From Thermoplasmatota archaeon (GTDB taxonomy: Archaea; Thermoplasmatota; SW-10-69-26; JACQPN01; JAJPHT01): 63,290 nt of DNA. The translations under genes were made by a program, and so were the position numbers. The DNA lies in assembly GCA_035526585.1 (NCBI GenBank), contig DATLCC010000109.1:1-63290 (forward strand), given 5' to 3'. Under the pieces are notes generated by a model. It made no database searches. It was not told where the DNA came from and saw nothing but the letters and a program-made list of their open reading frames with translations. Each line of letters begins with the position of its first letter. Position 1 is the first letter of the stretch. This document shows, in pieces, positions 15,555-24,692 of the stretch.

Positions 15555-16700
15555 TCAGCCGAGCTTCTTGCGGAAGTGGTCGAACCAGCCCGCCTTCTTC
15601 GGCTCGCGCCCCTCGAGCTTCGCGAGCTGCTCGAAGAGCGCGCGCTCCTCGGCCGAAAGCTTCTGCGGCGAGTACACGCGCACCGCGATCAGCAGGTCGC
15701 CCTTGCGCGCGCCGCCCAGTTGCGGCAGCCCTTTGCCGCGCAGGCGGAACACCTCGCCGCCCTGTGTGCCCGGCGGCACCTGGATCACGTCGCGGCGCCC
15801 ATCGAGGAGGGGCACCTCGATCTCGTCGCCTAGCGCCGCCTGGCTGAACGTGAGCGGGATCGTCACGTGGAGGTCCTCCCCCTCGCGCTTGAACACGGCG
15901 TGCTCCCGGATCCGCACGCGGACGTACAGGTCGCCCGACGGCGTCCCCTCCTCGCCGGCCTCGCCCTCGCCACGAAGCCGCAGCGTCCCGCCTTCGGGCA
16001 CGCCGGCCGGCACGCTCACGGCGAGCGTCCGCGCGCGCTGGACGCGCCCCTGTCCGCGGCACGCGGGGTCCGGGTCGCTGATGGTCTCGCCGCGGCCGCC
16101 GCAGGTCGGACATGGCGCCGCGGTCTGCACGATGCCGAAGGGCGTGCGCATCGTGCGCGCCACCTGGCCGCGCCCGCCGCACGTCCCGCACCGCTTGGCG
16201 CGCGTGCCCGGCTTCGCGCCCGTGCCCCCGCACGCGTCGCACGTCTCGGCGCGCGAGACACGCACGTCCTTCTCGACACCCTTCGCGACCTCTTCCAGGG
16301 TGATATCGAGCTGCGCCATCACGTCCCGACCGCGCTGCGGCCCGCCGAAGCCTCCCCCGCCAAAGATGGTGCGGAAGATGCCGCCAAGGTCGAAGCCGAA
16401 CTCGCCGAAGTCGGCGCCGCGGAAGATGTCCTCTTGCGTCTGGTACTGCTGATCGAAGCCGGCGTGCCCGACCTGGTCGTAGAGGCGCCGCTTGTCGGCG
16501 TCCGACAGGACGGCGTACGCCTCGCTCACCTCCTTGAACGTCTCCTCCGCGCCCGGCTCCTTGTTCCGGTCCGGGTGATACTGCATCGCGAGCTTGCGGT
16601 ACGCCTTCTTGATGTCGTCGACCGAGGCGTCGCGCGCGACACCGAGGAGCTCGTAGTAGTCGCGCTTGGAGGGCAACGCGAACCGATGAAGAGGGCCCAA
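15555..16700 (-). CDS. dnaJ: chaperone DnaJ
   Basis: J domain (DYYELLGV...HPDRN), a Gly-rich linker and CxxCxGxG zinc-finger repeats. Start is TTG 16700 or the in-frame TTG 16676. Confidence 0.95.
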   Translation of the reverse strand: MGPLHRFALPSKRDYYELLGVARDASVDDIKKAYRKLAMQYHPDRNKEPGAEETFKEVSEAYAVLSDADKRRLYDQVGHAGFDQQYQTQEDIFRGADFGEFGFDLGGIFRTIFGGGGFGGPQRGRDVMAQLDITLEEVAKGVEKDVRVSRAETCDACGGTGAKPGTRAKRCGTCGGRGQVARTMRTPFGIVQTAAPCPTCGGRGETISDPDPACRGQGRVQRARTLAVSVPAGVPEGGTLRLRGEGEAGEEGTPSGDLYVRVRIREHAVFKREGEDLHVTIPLTFSQAALGDEIEVPLLDGRRDVIQVPPGTQGGEVFRLRGKGLPQLGGARKGDLLIAVRVYSPQKLSAEERALFEQLAKLEGREPKKAGWFDHFRKKLG

Positions 16701-16757
16701 CCTTCAAGATTCCGCCCGGCCGGTGACCCGGCGATGCGAGGCGAAGGGTCGGGCGGA

Positions 16758-16810
16758 CAGGTGGCGCCACGTGGGGACCACGTGGGGGCCAGGCGGGGAG
16801 ACGCGTGGCG
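16758..16810 (+). repeat. CACGTG-unit intergenic repeat, copy D
   Basis: CAGGTGGC GCCACGTGGGGA CCACGTGGGGG CCAGGCGG GGAGACGCGTGGC. Confidence 0.8.
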
Positions 16811-17407
16811 AGCGTGAACGAAGCTTGGCGCTGGCGCGAAGGCCCGCGCCGCGCGCTCCTCGTCGCCGGCACGCTCGCGGCGAGCGCGGCCCTCATCGCG
16901 GTGAAGGCGCTCGCGCTGGGCCCTTTCGTCGCGGCGTACGGCGCGAGCGTGGTGCTGAGCCTCGCGCTCTTCCTCGCTGCGCTCGGGCTTCTTCGCCACC
17001 GGCTGCGGCTGGAATGGGGGGACGCTCTCCTATCAGCCGCGCCTGCGTTCCTCGTCCTCATCGTCGCGCTCGCGAACACTCCGATGACCTACGAGGCCGA
17101 GCGGTTCGCGCTGGCGCTGCCTCACCCCGATGGCGGCGAGTCCCAGGGCGCCTCCGTCCTCCGGCCGTTCGAAGCGCGGCACCCCACGGCGCGGGTGGAA
17201 TGGGCGTATCCCAGTGGAACGGACGCTGAAGTTCTAAGCAAGCGCACGCGCGCGGCGTTCGCCGATGCAGGGTGGCGCGTCGTCACGTCCAGCGCACCCA
17301 GCGAGGGGCTTTCGGGCTTCGTGCAGGCGACGCGTTGGGGGTTCCTCGCCTCGTGCAACGTGTGGGACGAGCCGGACGCGCGGGTGCACTGCCTGGTCAC
17401 GGAGTGA
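16805..17407 (+). CDS. membrane hypothetical protein
   Basis: 200-aa ORF with about 3 hydrophobic segments. The listed GTG start lies inside repeat D; GTG 16814 is also possible. Confidence 0.5.
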   Translation: MASVNEAWRWREGPRRALLVAGTLAASAALIAVKALALGPFVAAYGASVVLSLALFLAALGLLRHRLRLEWGDALLSAAPAFLVLIVALANTPMTYEAERFALALPHPDGGESQGASVLRPFEARHPTARVEWAYPSGTDAEVLSKRTRAAFADAGWRVVTSSAPSEGLSGFVQATRWGFLASCNVWDEPDARVHCLVTE

Positions 17408-18257
17408 ACGAGTACCCGGCGATGAGGTCCGCGCGCGAGAGCTCGACGTCCGTGATCCGGACGCCGGCCTCCTCGTGCCAGAGCGCGAAGGAGGTGAGCT
17501 CCGGGGAGAAGAGGCCGATGTAGAGCTGACGGCAACCGCTCTCCATCGTCGTCGTCTCGAAGTCCGCGCAGCTCACGACGAGGTACTCCTCGAGGACCTC
17601 GTCTCCTGCGTACGTCGTGAACCCGACGATCGCATCCGCGCCCAGGAGATTCCAAGGGGTGAAGAAGATGGCTTCCGGCTCCGAGCCGCGCGCCGTCGCG
17701 ATAGCGGCGCCAAGATCGACGCGCCCCGCGTCGGGCAGGAAGTCGAGCACCTGGGAGACACCGACGTGGTGGTCGATCTGCTTCCCGTCGACTCCGAGGA
17801 AGTGGTAGGTGATATCGACGCTGTCCGGCAGCTCCGTGATGCCCGCGTCGAGGAAAAGGAACGCTCCGTCAGGCTCGACCTGGAGAAGATTCGGGGAGCG
17901 CACGCCCATGGGCGTCTCGATCCAGTACACGCCAAGCCAGGGGTCTTCCCCGGAGCCCGCCCAGACGAGGGAGAGGAAGTCCTCTTGGCCCCGCACGACA
18001 GGCTGAGCGAAGCCCGCCCGGACCTCGAGCTCGCCATTGTGCATCAACATCGCCGGGAGCCCGTTGCGCACCTGTGACAGGAGGGCGCGCGCCGCGCCGA
18101 TCGCGCCCGCCGCGGTGCCGTCGAGCTCGTCCACGCTGTCGCGGACGAGCGCCCGGGCGGCGTGGCGCGTCTCGGGGAACGGCATGCCGGCCGAGGCCGG
18201 CATGGCCGAGATCAGAAGGCTCGCCAGGACGAGGAGGACCACCGCGGTGCGGCGCAT
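17397..18257 (-). CDS. secreted hypothetical protein
   Basis: 286 aa with an ATG start and signal peptide MRRTAVVLLVLASLLISAMPASA. No family recognised. Confidence 0.6.
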   Translation of the reverse strand: MRRTAVVLLVLASLLISAMPASAGMPFPETRHAARALVRDSVDELDGTAAGAIGAARALLSQVRNGLPAMLMHNGELEVRAGFAQPVVRGQEDFLSLVWAGSGEDPWLGVYWIETPMGVRSPNLLQVEPDGAFLFLDAGITELPDSVDITYHFLGVDGKQIDHHVGVSQVLDFLPDAGRVDLGAAIATARGSEPEAIFFTPWNLLGADAIVGFTTYAGDEVLEEYLVVSCADFETTTMESGCRQLYIGLFSPELTSFALWHEEAGVRITDVELSRADLIAGYSFTP

Positions 18258-18375
18258 GAGCCGACCTGCGGCGGCGGGGGTGTAACTCTTTGTTGAACAG
18301 TTCGTACTCTCCGGCGGTGAGGAATCGAGGAAAATGCCGGGATCTCACGTCCAAACGTTGTTCCCACGGCAGGGT

Positions 18376-18434
18376 GACGCCACGTGGAGGCCAGGTGGCG
18401 CCCACGTGGGGGCCAGGCGGGGCGACGCCTGGCG
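18376..18434 (+). repeat. CACGTG-unit intergenic repeat, copy E
   Basis: GCCACGTGGAGG CCAGGTGGC GCCCACGTGGGGG CCAGGCGG GGCGACGCCTGGC. Confidence 0.8.
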
Positions 18435-18443
18435 GGGCGCGGC

Positions 18444-20375
18444 TTAGTCCTTCTTGACCTCATAGTCGACGTCGATGCTGTCTGGGTCCGATGCGTCCGC
18501 CTTCTTGGTCTGTGTCCGGGTGTGGGGCTCACCGGTGTCCGGGGCCGGATCCGAGGCCGAGGGAGGCGCCTGCGGCGCCTCGTACATCTTCGCTCCGACG
18601 CGCTGCACGACCTCGGCGAGCGTGTCCGTCGCCCGCTTCATCTCGGCGACGTTCCCGCCTGCGACGGCGGCCTTCAGCGCGTCGCGCGCGCCCTCGACCT
18701 CGCCACGCAGCTTCGCGTCGACCTTGTCGCCCGCGTCCTTCATCGTTCGCTCGACCGTATAGAGCAGCGAATCCGCTTCGTTGCGGGCGTTGATCTCCTC
18801 CAGCTTCTTGCGGTCCTCTTCTTCGTACTCTTTCGCGGAGCGCTCCGCGCGCTTGACCTCCTCCTCGTTGAGGCGGGTCGAGCCCGTGATCGTGATGCGC
18901 TGCTGGCGGCCGGTGCCGAGGTCCTTCGCGGCGACGTTCACGATGCCGTTCGCGTCGATGTCGAAGGTCACTTCGATCTGCGGGATGCCACGCGGCGCGG
19001 GCGGGATCCCGTCGAGGTGGAAGCGTCCGAGCGACTTGTTGTCGCGCGCGATCGCGCGCTCGCCCTGAAGCACATGCACCTCGACCGATGTCTGCATGTC
19101 CGCGGCCGTCGAGAAGATGCGGCTCTTCTTCGTCGGGATCGTCGTGTTGCGATCGATGAGCTTCGTGTTCACGCCACCCAGCGTCTCGATGCCCAGCGAC
19201 AGAGGCGTGACGTCCAGGAGGAGGAGATCTTTCACCTCGCCGGTGATGACGCCCGCCTGGATCGCCGCGCCCAGAGCGACGGCTTCGTCGGGGTTGACGC
19301 TCCGGTTGGGCTCCTTGCCGGTGAGATCCTTGACGAGCTGTTGGACCGCGGGGATGCGGGTGCTGCCGCCCACGAGAATGATCTCGTTCACGGCGCCCCA
19401 GTCCAGGCCGCTGTCCTTGAGCGCCTGCTCCGTCGGGCCGCGGAGGCGCGCGAGGATCGGCTGGATGAGCTGCTCGAACTTCGGTCGCGTGAGGTCGAGG
19501 TCGATGTGCTGGGGACCGGCCGACGTCACCGTGATGTACGGGAGGTTGACGCTCGTCTTCTGCGCGGAGGAGAGCTCCTTCTTGGCCTTCTCCGCGGCTT
19601 CCTTGAGGCGCTGGACCGCAGTGCGGTCCTTCATGAGGTCGACGCCGGCGCGGTTCTTGAAGTCCTCCGCCAGCCAGCGCATGATGAGCTCGTCGATGTC
19701 GTCGCCGCCGAGGTGGTTGTCGCCGGCCGTGGCCTTGACCTCGAAGACGCCTTCGCCGAACTCGAGGATCGAGACGTCGAACGTGCCGCCGCCGAAGTCG
19801 AAGACGAGGATCGTCTCCCCGACCTTCTTGTCCAGACCGTACGCGAGGGCGGCCGCGGTGGGCTCGTTCACGATGCGGAGGACCTCGAGCCCGGCGATGC
19901 GGCCGGCGTCCTTGGTCGCCTGGCGCTGCGCATCCTCGAAGTAGGCAGGCACGGTGATGACGGCCTTCGTGACCGGCTCGCCCAGGAATGCCTCGGCGTC
20001 GCGCTTCAGCTTTTGGAGGATGAAGGCGCTCATCTCCTCGGGAGCGAACGTCTTGTTGGCGTTCGGGAGCGTGACGTGCGCCTTGCCGTTCGCGCCCTCG
20101 GTCACCTTGAAGGGGACTCGCGCCGCCTCTTGGCGCGTCTCGTGCATCTGGCGCCCCATGAATCGCTTGATCGAGAAGACCGTGTTCTCGGGGTTTACGA
20201 CGGCTTGCCGCTTCGCGACCTCGCCCACGAGAAGCTCGCCGTCCTTCGTGAAGGCGACCACGCTCGGTGTCGTGCGTGCGCCCTCCGCGTTGGAGATGAT
20301 CTCGGCCTTGCCGCCTTCCAGGACGGCGACCGCGGAGTACGTCGTGCCCAGGTCGATGCCGATGACCTTGCTCAT
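18444..20375 (-). CDS. dnaK: chaperone DnaK (Hsp70)
   Basis: 643 aa with [20 protein letters not shown] and [10 protein letters not shown]. Confidence 0.97.
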   Translation of the reverse strand: MSKVIGIDLGTTYSAVAVLEGGKAEIISNAEGARTTPSVVAFTKDGELLVGEVAKRQAVVNPENTVFSIKRFMGRQMHETRQEAARVPFKVTEGANGKAHVTLPNANKTFAPEEMSAFILQKLKRDAEAFLGEPVTKAVITVPAYFEDAQRQATKDAGRIAGLEVLRIVNEPTAAALAYGLDKKVGETILVFDFGGGTFDVSILEFGEGVFEVKATAGDNHLGGDDIDELIMRWLAEDFKNRAGVDLMKDRTAVQRLKEAAEKAKKELSSAQKTSVNLPYITVTSAGPQHIDLDLTRPKFEQLIQPILARLRGPTEQALKDSGLDWGAVNEIILVGGSTRIPAVQQLVKDLTGKEPNRSVNPDEAVALGAAIQAGVITGEVKDLLLLDVTPLSLGIETLGGVNTKLIDRNTTIPTKKSRIFSTAADMQTSVEVHVLQGERAIARDNKSLGRFHLDGIPPAPRGIPQIEVTFDIDANGIVNVAAKDLGTGRQQRITITGSTRLNEEEVKRAERSAKEYEEEDRKKLEEINARNEADSLLYTVERTMKDAGDKVDAKLRGEVEGARDALKAAVAGGNVAEMKRATDTLAEVVQRVGAKMYEAPQAPPSASDPAPDTGEPHTRTQTKKADASDPDSIDVDYEVKKD

Positions 20376-20405
20376 GCGGAACCCGCCCGCGCTAAGATAC
20401 CGCTT

Positions 20406-20414
20406 CTATAAAAC
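20406..20414 (-). promoter_or_regulatory. TATA-box-like element for dnaK
   Basis: Reverse-strand TTTTATAGA about 31 nt upstream of the dnaK ATG (20375). Confidence 0.45.
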
Positions 20415-20511
20415 GCTGACGCATGCTGAGTTCGCAGCTCCGAACCGACCATGGCTCCCGTTGTCTGTGGGGTCGTGACGTGAACCCTTCGACGAGATGC
20501 CGGAAGGCGCT

Positions 20512-20556
20512 GGCCAGGTGGCGCCCACGTGGGTGCCACGCGGGACGACGCCTGGG
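20512..20556 (+). repeat. CACGTG-unit intergenic repeat, copy F
   Basis: CCAGGTGGC GCCCACGTGGGTG CCACGCGG GACGACGCCTGG. Ends immediately before the grpE stop codon. Confidence 0.8.
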
Positions 20557-21066
20557 TCAGGAGGCGACCACGACGCGCGCCGGCCGCACGACCCGGCCAT
20601 CAAGCGCGTACCCCTTCTCCACGGTCGCGACGACCGTACCGCTCTTGACGCCGTCGCGGGGCTCCTGCGCGATCGCCTCGTGCACCTTCGCGTCGAAGGG
20701 CGCGCCCGTGGGATCCAGGACGAGGAGCCCCTGCGCGGCGAGGACGTCCTGCAGCTGGCGCGAGAGCAGGCGCAGCCCCTCGTCCTGCGTGTGGGCGAGG
20801 GCGCGGTCGAGGTTGTCGAGGACGGGAAGGAGCGCCTTCACGAACTCGAGCTTGCCCCGAGCGGCCGCCTGGGCGCCATCCTCGCGCGTGCGGCGTCGGA
20901 AGTTGTCGAAGTCTGCCTGGAGCCGCGCGAGCCGGTCGACGAGCGCCTTCTCTCGCGATTCGAGGGTGGCGACCTTCTCCGTGAGCCCGGTCTGCTCGTG
21001 AGACTGCTCCCGCACGGGTTCGAGGACCTCTTCCGGGCCCTCGACCGCATGCGTGTCCTTCTCCAT
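20557..21066 (-). CDS. grpE: nucleotide exchange factor GrpE
   Basis: Has the ADFDNFRRRT block and a GrpE C-terminal domain. ATG 21066 is preferred over the track TTG 21123 because a TATA-like element lies about 25 nt upstream of it. Confidence 0.88.
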   Translation of the reverse strand: MEKDTHAVEGPEEVLEPVREQSHEQTGLTEKVATLESREKALVDRLARLQADFDNFRRRTREDGAQAAARGKLEFVKALLPVLDNLDRALAHTQDEGLRLLSRQLQDVLAAQGLLVLDPTGAPFDAKVHEAIAQEPRDGVKSGTVVATVEKGYALDGRVVRPARVVVAS

Positions 21067-21090
21067 CGGGAACGGCTCAGTCGCGCGCCG

Positions 21091-21100
21091 GGAAAATAGG
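21091..21100 (-). promoter_or_regulatory. TATA-like element for grpE
   Basis: Reverse-strand CCTATTTTCC about 25 nt upstream of ATG 21066. Confidence 0.35.
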
Positions 21101-21158
21101 TTTCGCGTGTCTCCGACTCGCAAACGGCTTAGGGGACGTCGCCACTCGCCGCGCGACG

Positions 21159-22745
21159 ATGCCTCCCCTTCCCCGCGTCGTGGGTGAGCTCGAAGGCCGC
21201 GCCTTCGATCTGCTCGTCGTCGGGGGCGGGATCAACGGCGCCGGCGTCGCGCGCGACGCGGCACGACGCGGACTCTCCGTCGTGCTCGTGGAAAAGGAAG
21301 ACTTCGGATACGGGACGACCGGGCGATCCACGCGCCTCATCCACGGCGGTCTCCGGTATCTGCAGATGTACGACTTCGGGCTCGTGCGCGAATCGCTCGT
21401 CGAGCGTGAACGCCTCTTCCACAACGCTCCGCATCTCGTGCGGCCGATCACGTTCCTCATCCCCTTCTACGAAGGCCAGAAGACGCCCCCTTGGATGCTC
21501 CGCGTCGGCCTGATGCTCTACGACCTCCTCGCCGGACGAAGCGTCGTCCCGAGGCACCGCAGCTACACACGCGAGGAGGTCCTCGCGCTAGAGCCTGCCC
21601 TGCGGCAGGAGGGGTTGCGCGGCGGCGCGTCCTACGGCGATGGCCAGGTCCCGCTCGTGGAGCGCCTGTGCCTGGAGAACGTGCTCGACGCGACGCGACA
21701 TGGCGCCGTGGCGATCAACCACGCGATCGTGGAATCGCTTCGGCCCACCGGGGACGGCTACGACGTCGGGGTGCACGACACGCTGTCGGAGAAGCGCGTC
21801 ACGGTGCACGCCAGGGGGATCGTCAACACCGCCGGACCGTGGATCGAGCGCGTCCCGGGATTCGAGCACGTTCCCAGCCGCATGACGAAAGGGACGCACA
21901 TCGTCGTCCCGTCCCACACGAAGCATGCGGTCCTTCTCTTCAGCCCGGACGACGCGCGTGTGTTCTTCTCCATCCCCTGGCTGGGCAACCAGCTCGTGGG
22001 CACCACCGACACGGACTTTCGTGCGACGCCCGACGACGTGAGCGCCGATGCGGCGGACGTGGATTACCTCAAGCGCGGCATCGAGTACGTCCTTCCGCGC
22101 GCCGACCTCCAGACCGTCCACTATGCGTACGCCGGGATCCGCAACCTGGTCCCGGAGCCCGGGAAGAGCGAGTCGGCTGTGAGCCGTCGCCACCAGCTCA
22201 TCGTCGACCCCGAGACGCCGCGCGTCGTCAGCCTCGTGGGCGGGAAGATCACGCCGTACCGCGACGTCTGCGAACAGGTCGTGGACCACTTCACCCGCAA
22301 GAAGAGTGACACGGCGCGCGCCCCGCTCCCTGGCGCTCCGGCCCTGCTATCAGACTTGATCCTGCAGCTCGCACGTCGCTGCCGGGCGCTCGGCGTCGCA
22401 GCGCAGCATGCGGAGACTCTCGCGACGACGTATGGGACGCGCGCGCATGATGCCCTCGACCTCATCGACGCAGACCCCTCGATGGCCGAAGTCCTGTGCC
22501 CGCACGCGCCTCTCCTTCGCGCCGAGGTGGCGTTCGTCGTCCGATCCGAGCTCGCGCGCACCGCGAGCGACGTCCTGCTGAGACGTACCCGCGCCGGATG
22601 GGCGGCGTGCGAAGGCAGAGACGCTCTTCCGCGCGTCCTTGACGATCTCGACCGCATCCTTGGCCGCGACGCCGCCGCACGGAAGGTCGACGAGCTCTCG
22701 TTCCTGCGTGAGCTCGCCAAGCGGCACGAGTTCGAGCGCGCGTGA
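21159..22745 (+). CDS. glpD: FAD-dependent glycerol-3-phosphate dehydrogenase (GlpD/GlpA type)
   Basis: 528 aa with DLLVVGGGINGAGVARDAARRG and GTTGRSTRLIHGGLRYL. Confidence 0.85.
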   Translation: MPPLPRVVGELEGRAFDLLVVGGGINGAGVARDAARRGLSVVLVEKEDFGYGTTGRSTRLIHGGLRYLQMYDFGLVRESLVERERLFHNAPHLVRPITFLIPFYEGQKTPPWMLRVGLMLYDLLAGRSVVPRHRSYTREEVLALEPALRQEGLRGGASYGDGQVPLVERLCLENVLDATRHGAVAINHAIVESLRPTGDGYDVGVHDTLSEKRVTVHARGIVNTAGPWIERVPGFEHVPSRMTKGTHIVVPSHTKHAVLLFSPDDARVFFSIPWLGNQLVGTTDTDFRATPDDVSADAADVDYLKRGIEYVLPRADLQTVHYAYAGIRNLVPEPGKSESAVSRRHQLIVDPETPRVVSLVGGKITPYRDVCEQVVDHFTRKKSDTARAPLPGAPALLSDLILQLARRCRALGVAAQHAETLATTYGTRAHDALDLIDADPSMAEVLCPHAPLLRAEVAFVVRSELARTASDVLLRRTRAGWAACEGRDALPRVLDDLDRILGRDAAARKVDELSFLRELAKRHEFERA

Positions 22746-22889
22746 CCAACGATAGGCCGCCGCGACTTGCGGCTGGACGCGGGTGGCTCGTCCGACGACG
22801 CGCCAGGGAGCCCCGCCCGCAACGCCTCGGCCGATCCGCGCATCCCCTCGGCGATCGCCTTGATGGTCACGCGGAAGCTTCCGTCCAAG

Positions 22890-22952
22890 CCCACGCGTCG
22901 TCCCGCGTGGCCCCAGGTGGGCGCCACCTGGGGCGGCAGGGCGCCACGAGGG
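22890..22952 (-). repeat. CACGTG-unit intergenic repeat, copy G (inverted orientation)
   Basis: CCCACGCGTCGTCCCGCGTGG CCCCAGGTGGGC GCCACCTGGGG..., which is the reverse complement of the usual terminal module plus units. Confidence 0.75.
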
Positions 22953-23063
22953 AAGACTTGTCGCAACCAGGCGAGAGATGCCTCCGCGGTCGAGGTGTTC
23001 CACGCGAAGCGGAAGCCCGTCCACCGGCATGGTTTTGTACGGGGGCTCGGATGGTCGTTCCCC

Positions 23064-24692
23064 GTGAAGACGACCAAGTATGTCGTCGTGACGGGCGGCG
23101 TCCTCTCTGGGCTCGGAAAGGGCATCACGACTTCTTCGATCGGAAAGCTCCTCAAGAGCCGCGGCCTCAAGCTGGCTGCGGTGAAGATCGACCCGTACGT
23201 CAACATCGACGCCGGCACGATGAACCCCTTCGAGCACGGGGAAGTGTTCGTGCTGGACGACGGGGGAGAGGTCGACCAGGACCTTGGGAACTACGAGCGC
23301 TTCCTCGACCTTCCAATGGGGCGGGACAACAACATCACCACGGGGAAAGCCTACAAGGCGGTCATCGATCGCGAGCGCCGAGGGGATTATCTCGGGAAGA
23401 CCGTGCAGATCATCCCGCACGTGACGAACGAGGTCCGAGACCACATCAAACGTGCCGCGAAGCTCGCCGACGCTGACGTTTGCCTCGTGGAAGTGGGCGG
23501 AACGGTCGGCGACATCGAGAGCGCGCCATTCCTCGAAGGGCTGCGCCAGCTCGCCCTCGAGGTCGGTCGCGCCAACATCGTCTTCGTCCACACGACCCTT
23601 GTCCCCGTCATGGGAAGCGTCGGGGAGCAGAAGACGAAGCCGACGCAGCACAGCGTCATGGAGATGCGCCGCGTCGGTATCCACCCCGACATGCTGGTCT
23701 GCCGCAGCGAATCGCGCCTGCTTCCCAAGACGCGGGAGAAGCTCGCGCTCTTCTGCGACGTGGACAAGGACGCCGTGATATCGGCACCCGATGCGCGGAC
23801 GATCTACGAAGTGCCCTTGACCCTCGAAGAGCAGGGCGTCGCGGATTGGCTCGTGAAGCGTCTCGACCTCCACACGGAGGGTCGCGACATGACGAAGTGG
23901 AACGAGTTCGTCCAGCACGTGGTCGCGCCGACCCACCACGCGACGATCGGCGTCGTCGGAAAATACACGGACCTCGCCGACGCGTATCTTAGCATCAAGG
24001 AGGCATTCATCCATGCTGGCGCCGCGCAGGACGCGAAGATCGTCGTCCGATGGATCGACGCCGAGGACGTCGAACGCGCGCCCGATCCGGCGGATACGCT
24101 GGGGGCGCTCGACGGGATCCTCGTGCCTGGCGGATTCGGCCCTCGCGGCGCGGAGGGCAAGATCAAGGCGATCCAGTACGCCCGCGAAAAGCGCGTCCCC
24201 TTCCTTGGCATCTGTTACGGATTCCAGCTCGCCACAGTAGAATTCACGCGCAACGTGCTGGGTCTTGCAGGCGCGAACAGCACGGAGATCGACCCGCGAT
24301 CCCCGCATCCCGTGATCGACCTGCTGCCTGGGCACACGGCCGATGAAGCCAAGGGCGCGACGATGAGGTTGGGCGCGAGCGAGGTCCGGCTCGCGCACGG
24401 AAGCAAGGCCTGGCTCATCTACCACAAGCAGGACGTCATCTTCGAGCGCCACCGGCACCGCTGGGAAGTGAACCCCGGCTACATCCACAAGCTGGAGGCC
24501 GCGGGGGTCCGCTATTCCGGAAGGGATCCCTCCGGCGAGCTCATGGAGGTCCTCGAGCTTCCGGATCATCCGTACTTCGTCGCGAGCCAATTCCATCCTG
24601 AATTCAAGTCACGCCCCGAGCGTCCGGCTCCGGTCTTCATGGGTCTCGTGGAAGCGGCGCTCAAGCGCGTCGAAGCGCGGACGCCTCGCTAG
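23064..24692 (+). CDS. pyrG: CTP synthase
   Basis: 542 aa from GTG 23064 (KTTKYVVVTGGVLSGLGKGI), with GATase site GICYGFQL. The track start 22767 runs through repeat G. Confidence 0.95.
   Translation: MKTTKYVVVTGGVLSGLGKGITTSSIGKLLKSRGLKLAAVKIDPYVNIDAGTMNPFEHGEVFVLDDGGEVDQDLGNYERFLDLPMGRDNNITTGKAYKAVIDRERRGDYLGKTVQIIPHVTNEVRDHIKRAAKLADADVCLVEVGGTVGDIESAPFLEGLRQLALEVGRANIVFVHTTLVPVMGSVGEQKTKPTQHSVMEMRRVGIHPDMLVCRSESRLLPKTREKLALFCDVDKDAVISAPDARTIYEVPLTLEEQGVADWLVKRLDLHTEGRDMTKWNEFVQHVVAPTHHATIGVVGKYTDLADAYLSIKEAFIHAGAAQDAKIVVRWIDAEDVERAPDPADTLGALDGILVPGGFGPRGAEGKIKAIQYAREKRVPFLGICYGFQLATVEFTRNVLGLAGANSTEIDPRSPHPVIDLLPGHTADEAKGATMRLGASEVRLAHGSKAWLIYHKQDVIFERHRHRWEVNPGYIHKLEAAGVRYSGRDPSGELMEVLELPDHPYFVASQFHPEFKSRPERPAPVFMGLVEAALKRVEARTPR

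Noticed and set aside
12758-17079. Very Arg-rich long ORFs 12758..14584 (608 aa) and 15307..17079 (590 aa) on the minus strand.
   Set aside because: They are out of frame relative to the well-supported cupredoxin, repeat-protein and dnaJ genes on the same strand. Their extreme Arg/Pro/Gly content is characteristic of the wrong frame in high-GC DNA.
18384-20411. A 675-aa ORF on the plus strand covering the whole dnaK gene in antisense.
   Set aside because: Its composition (Arg/Asp/Leu/Val-rich, no motifs) is typical of the open antisense frame that GC3-rich genes generate. Long antisense ORFs opposite hsp70 genes are a known annotation artefact. The dnaK frame carries all the Hsp70 signatures.
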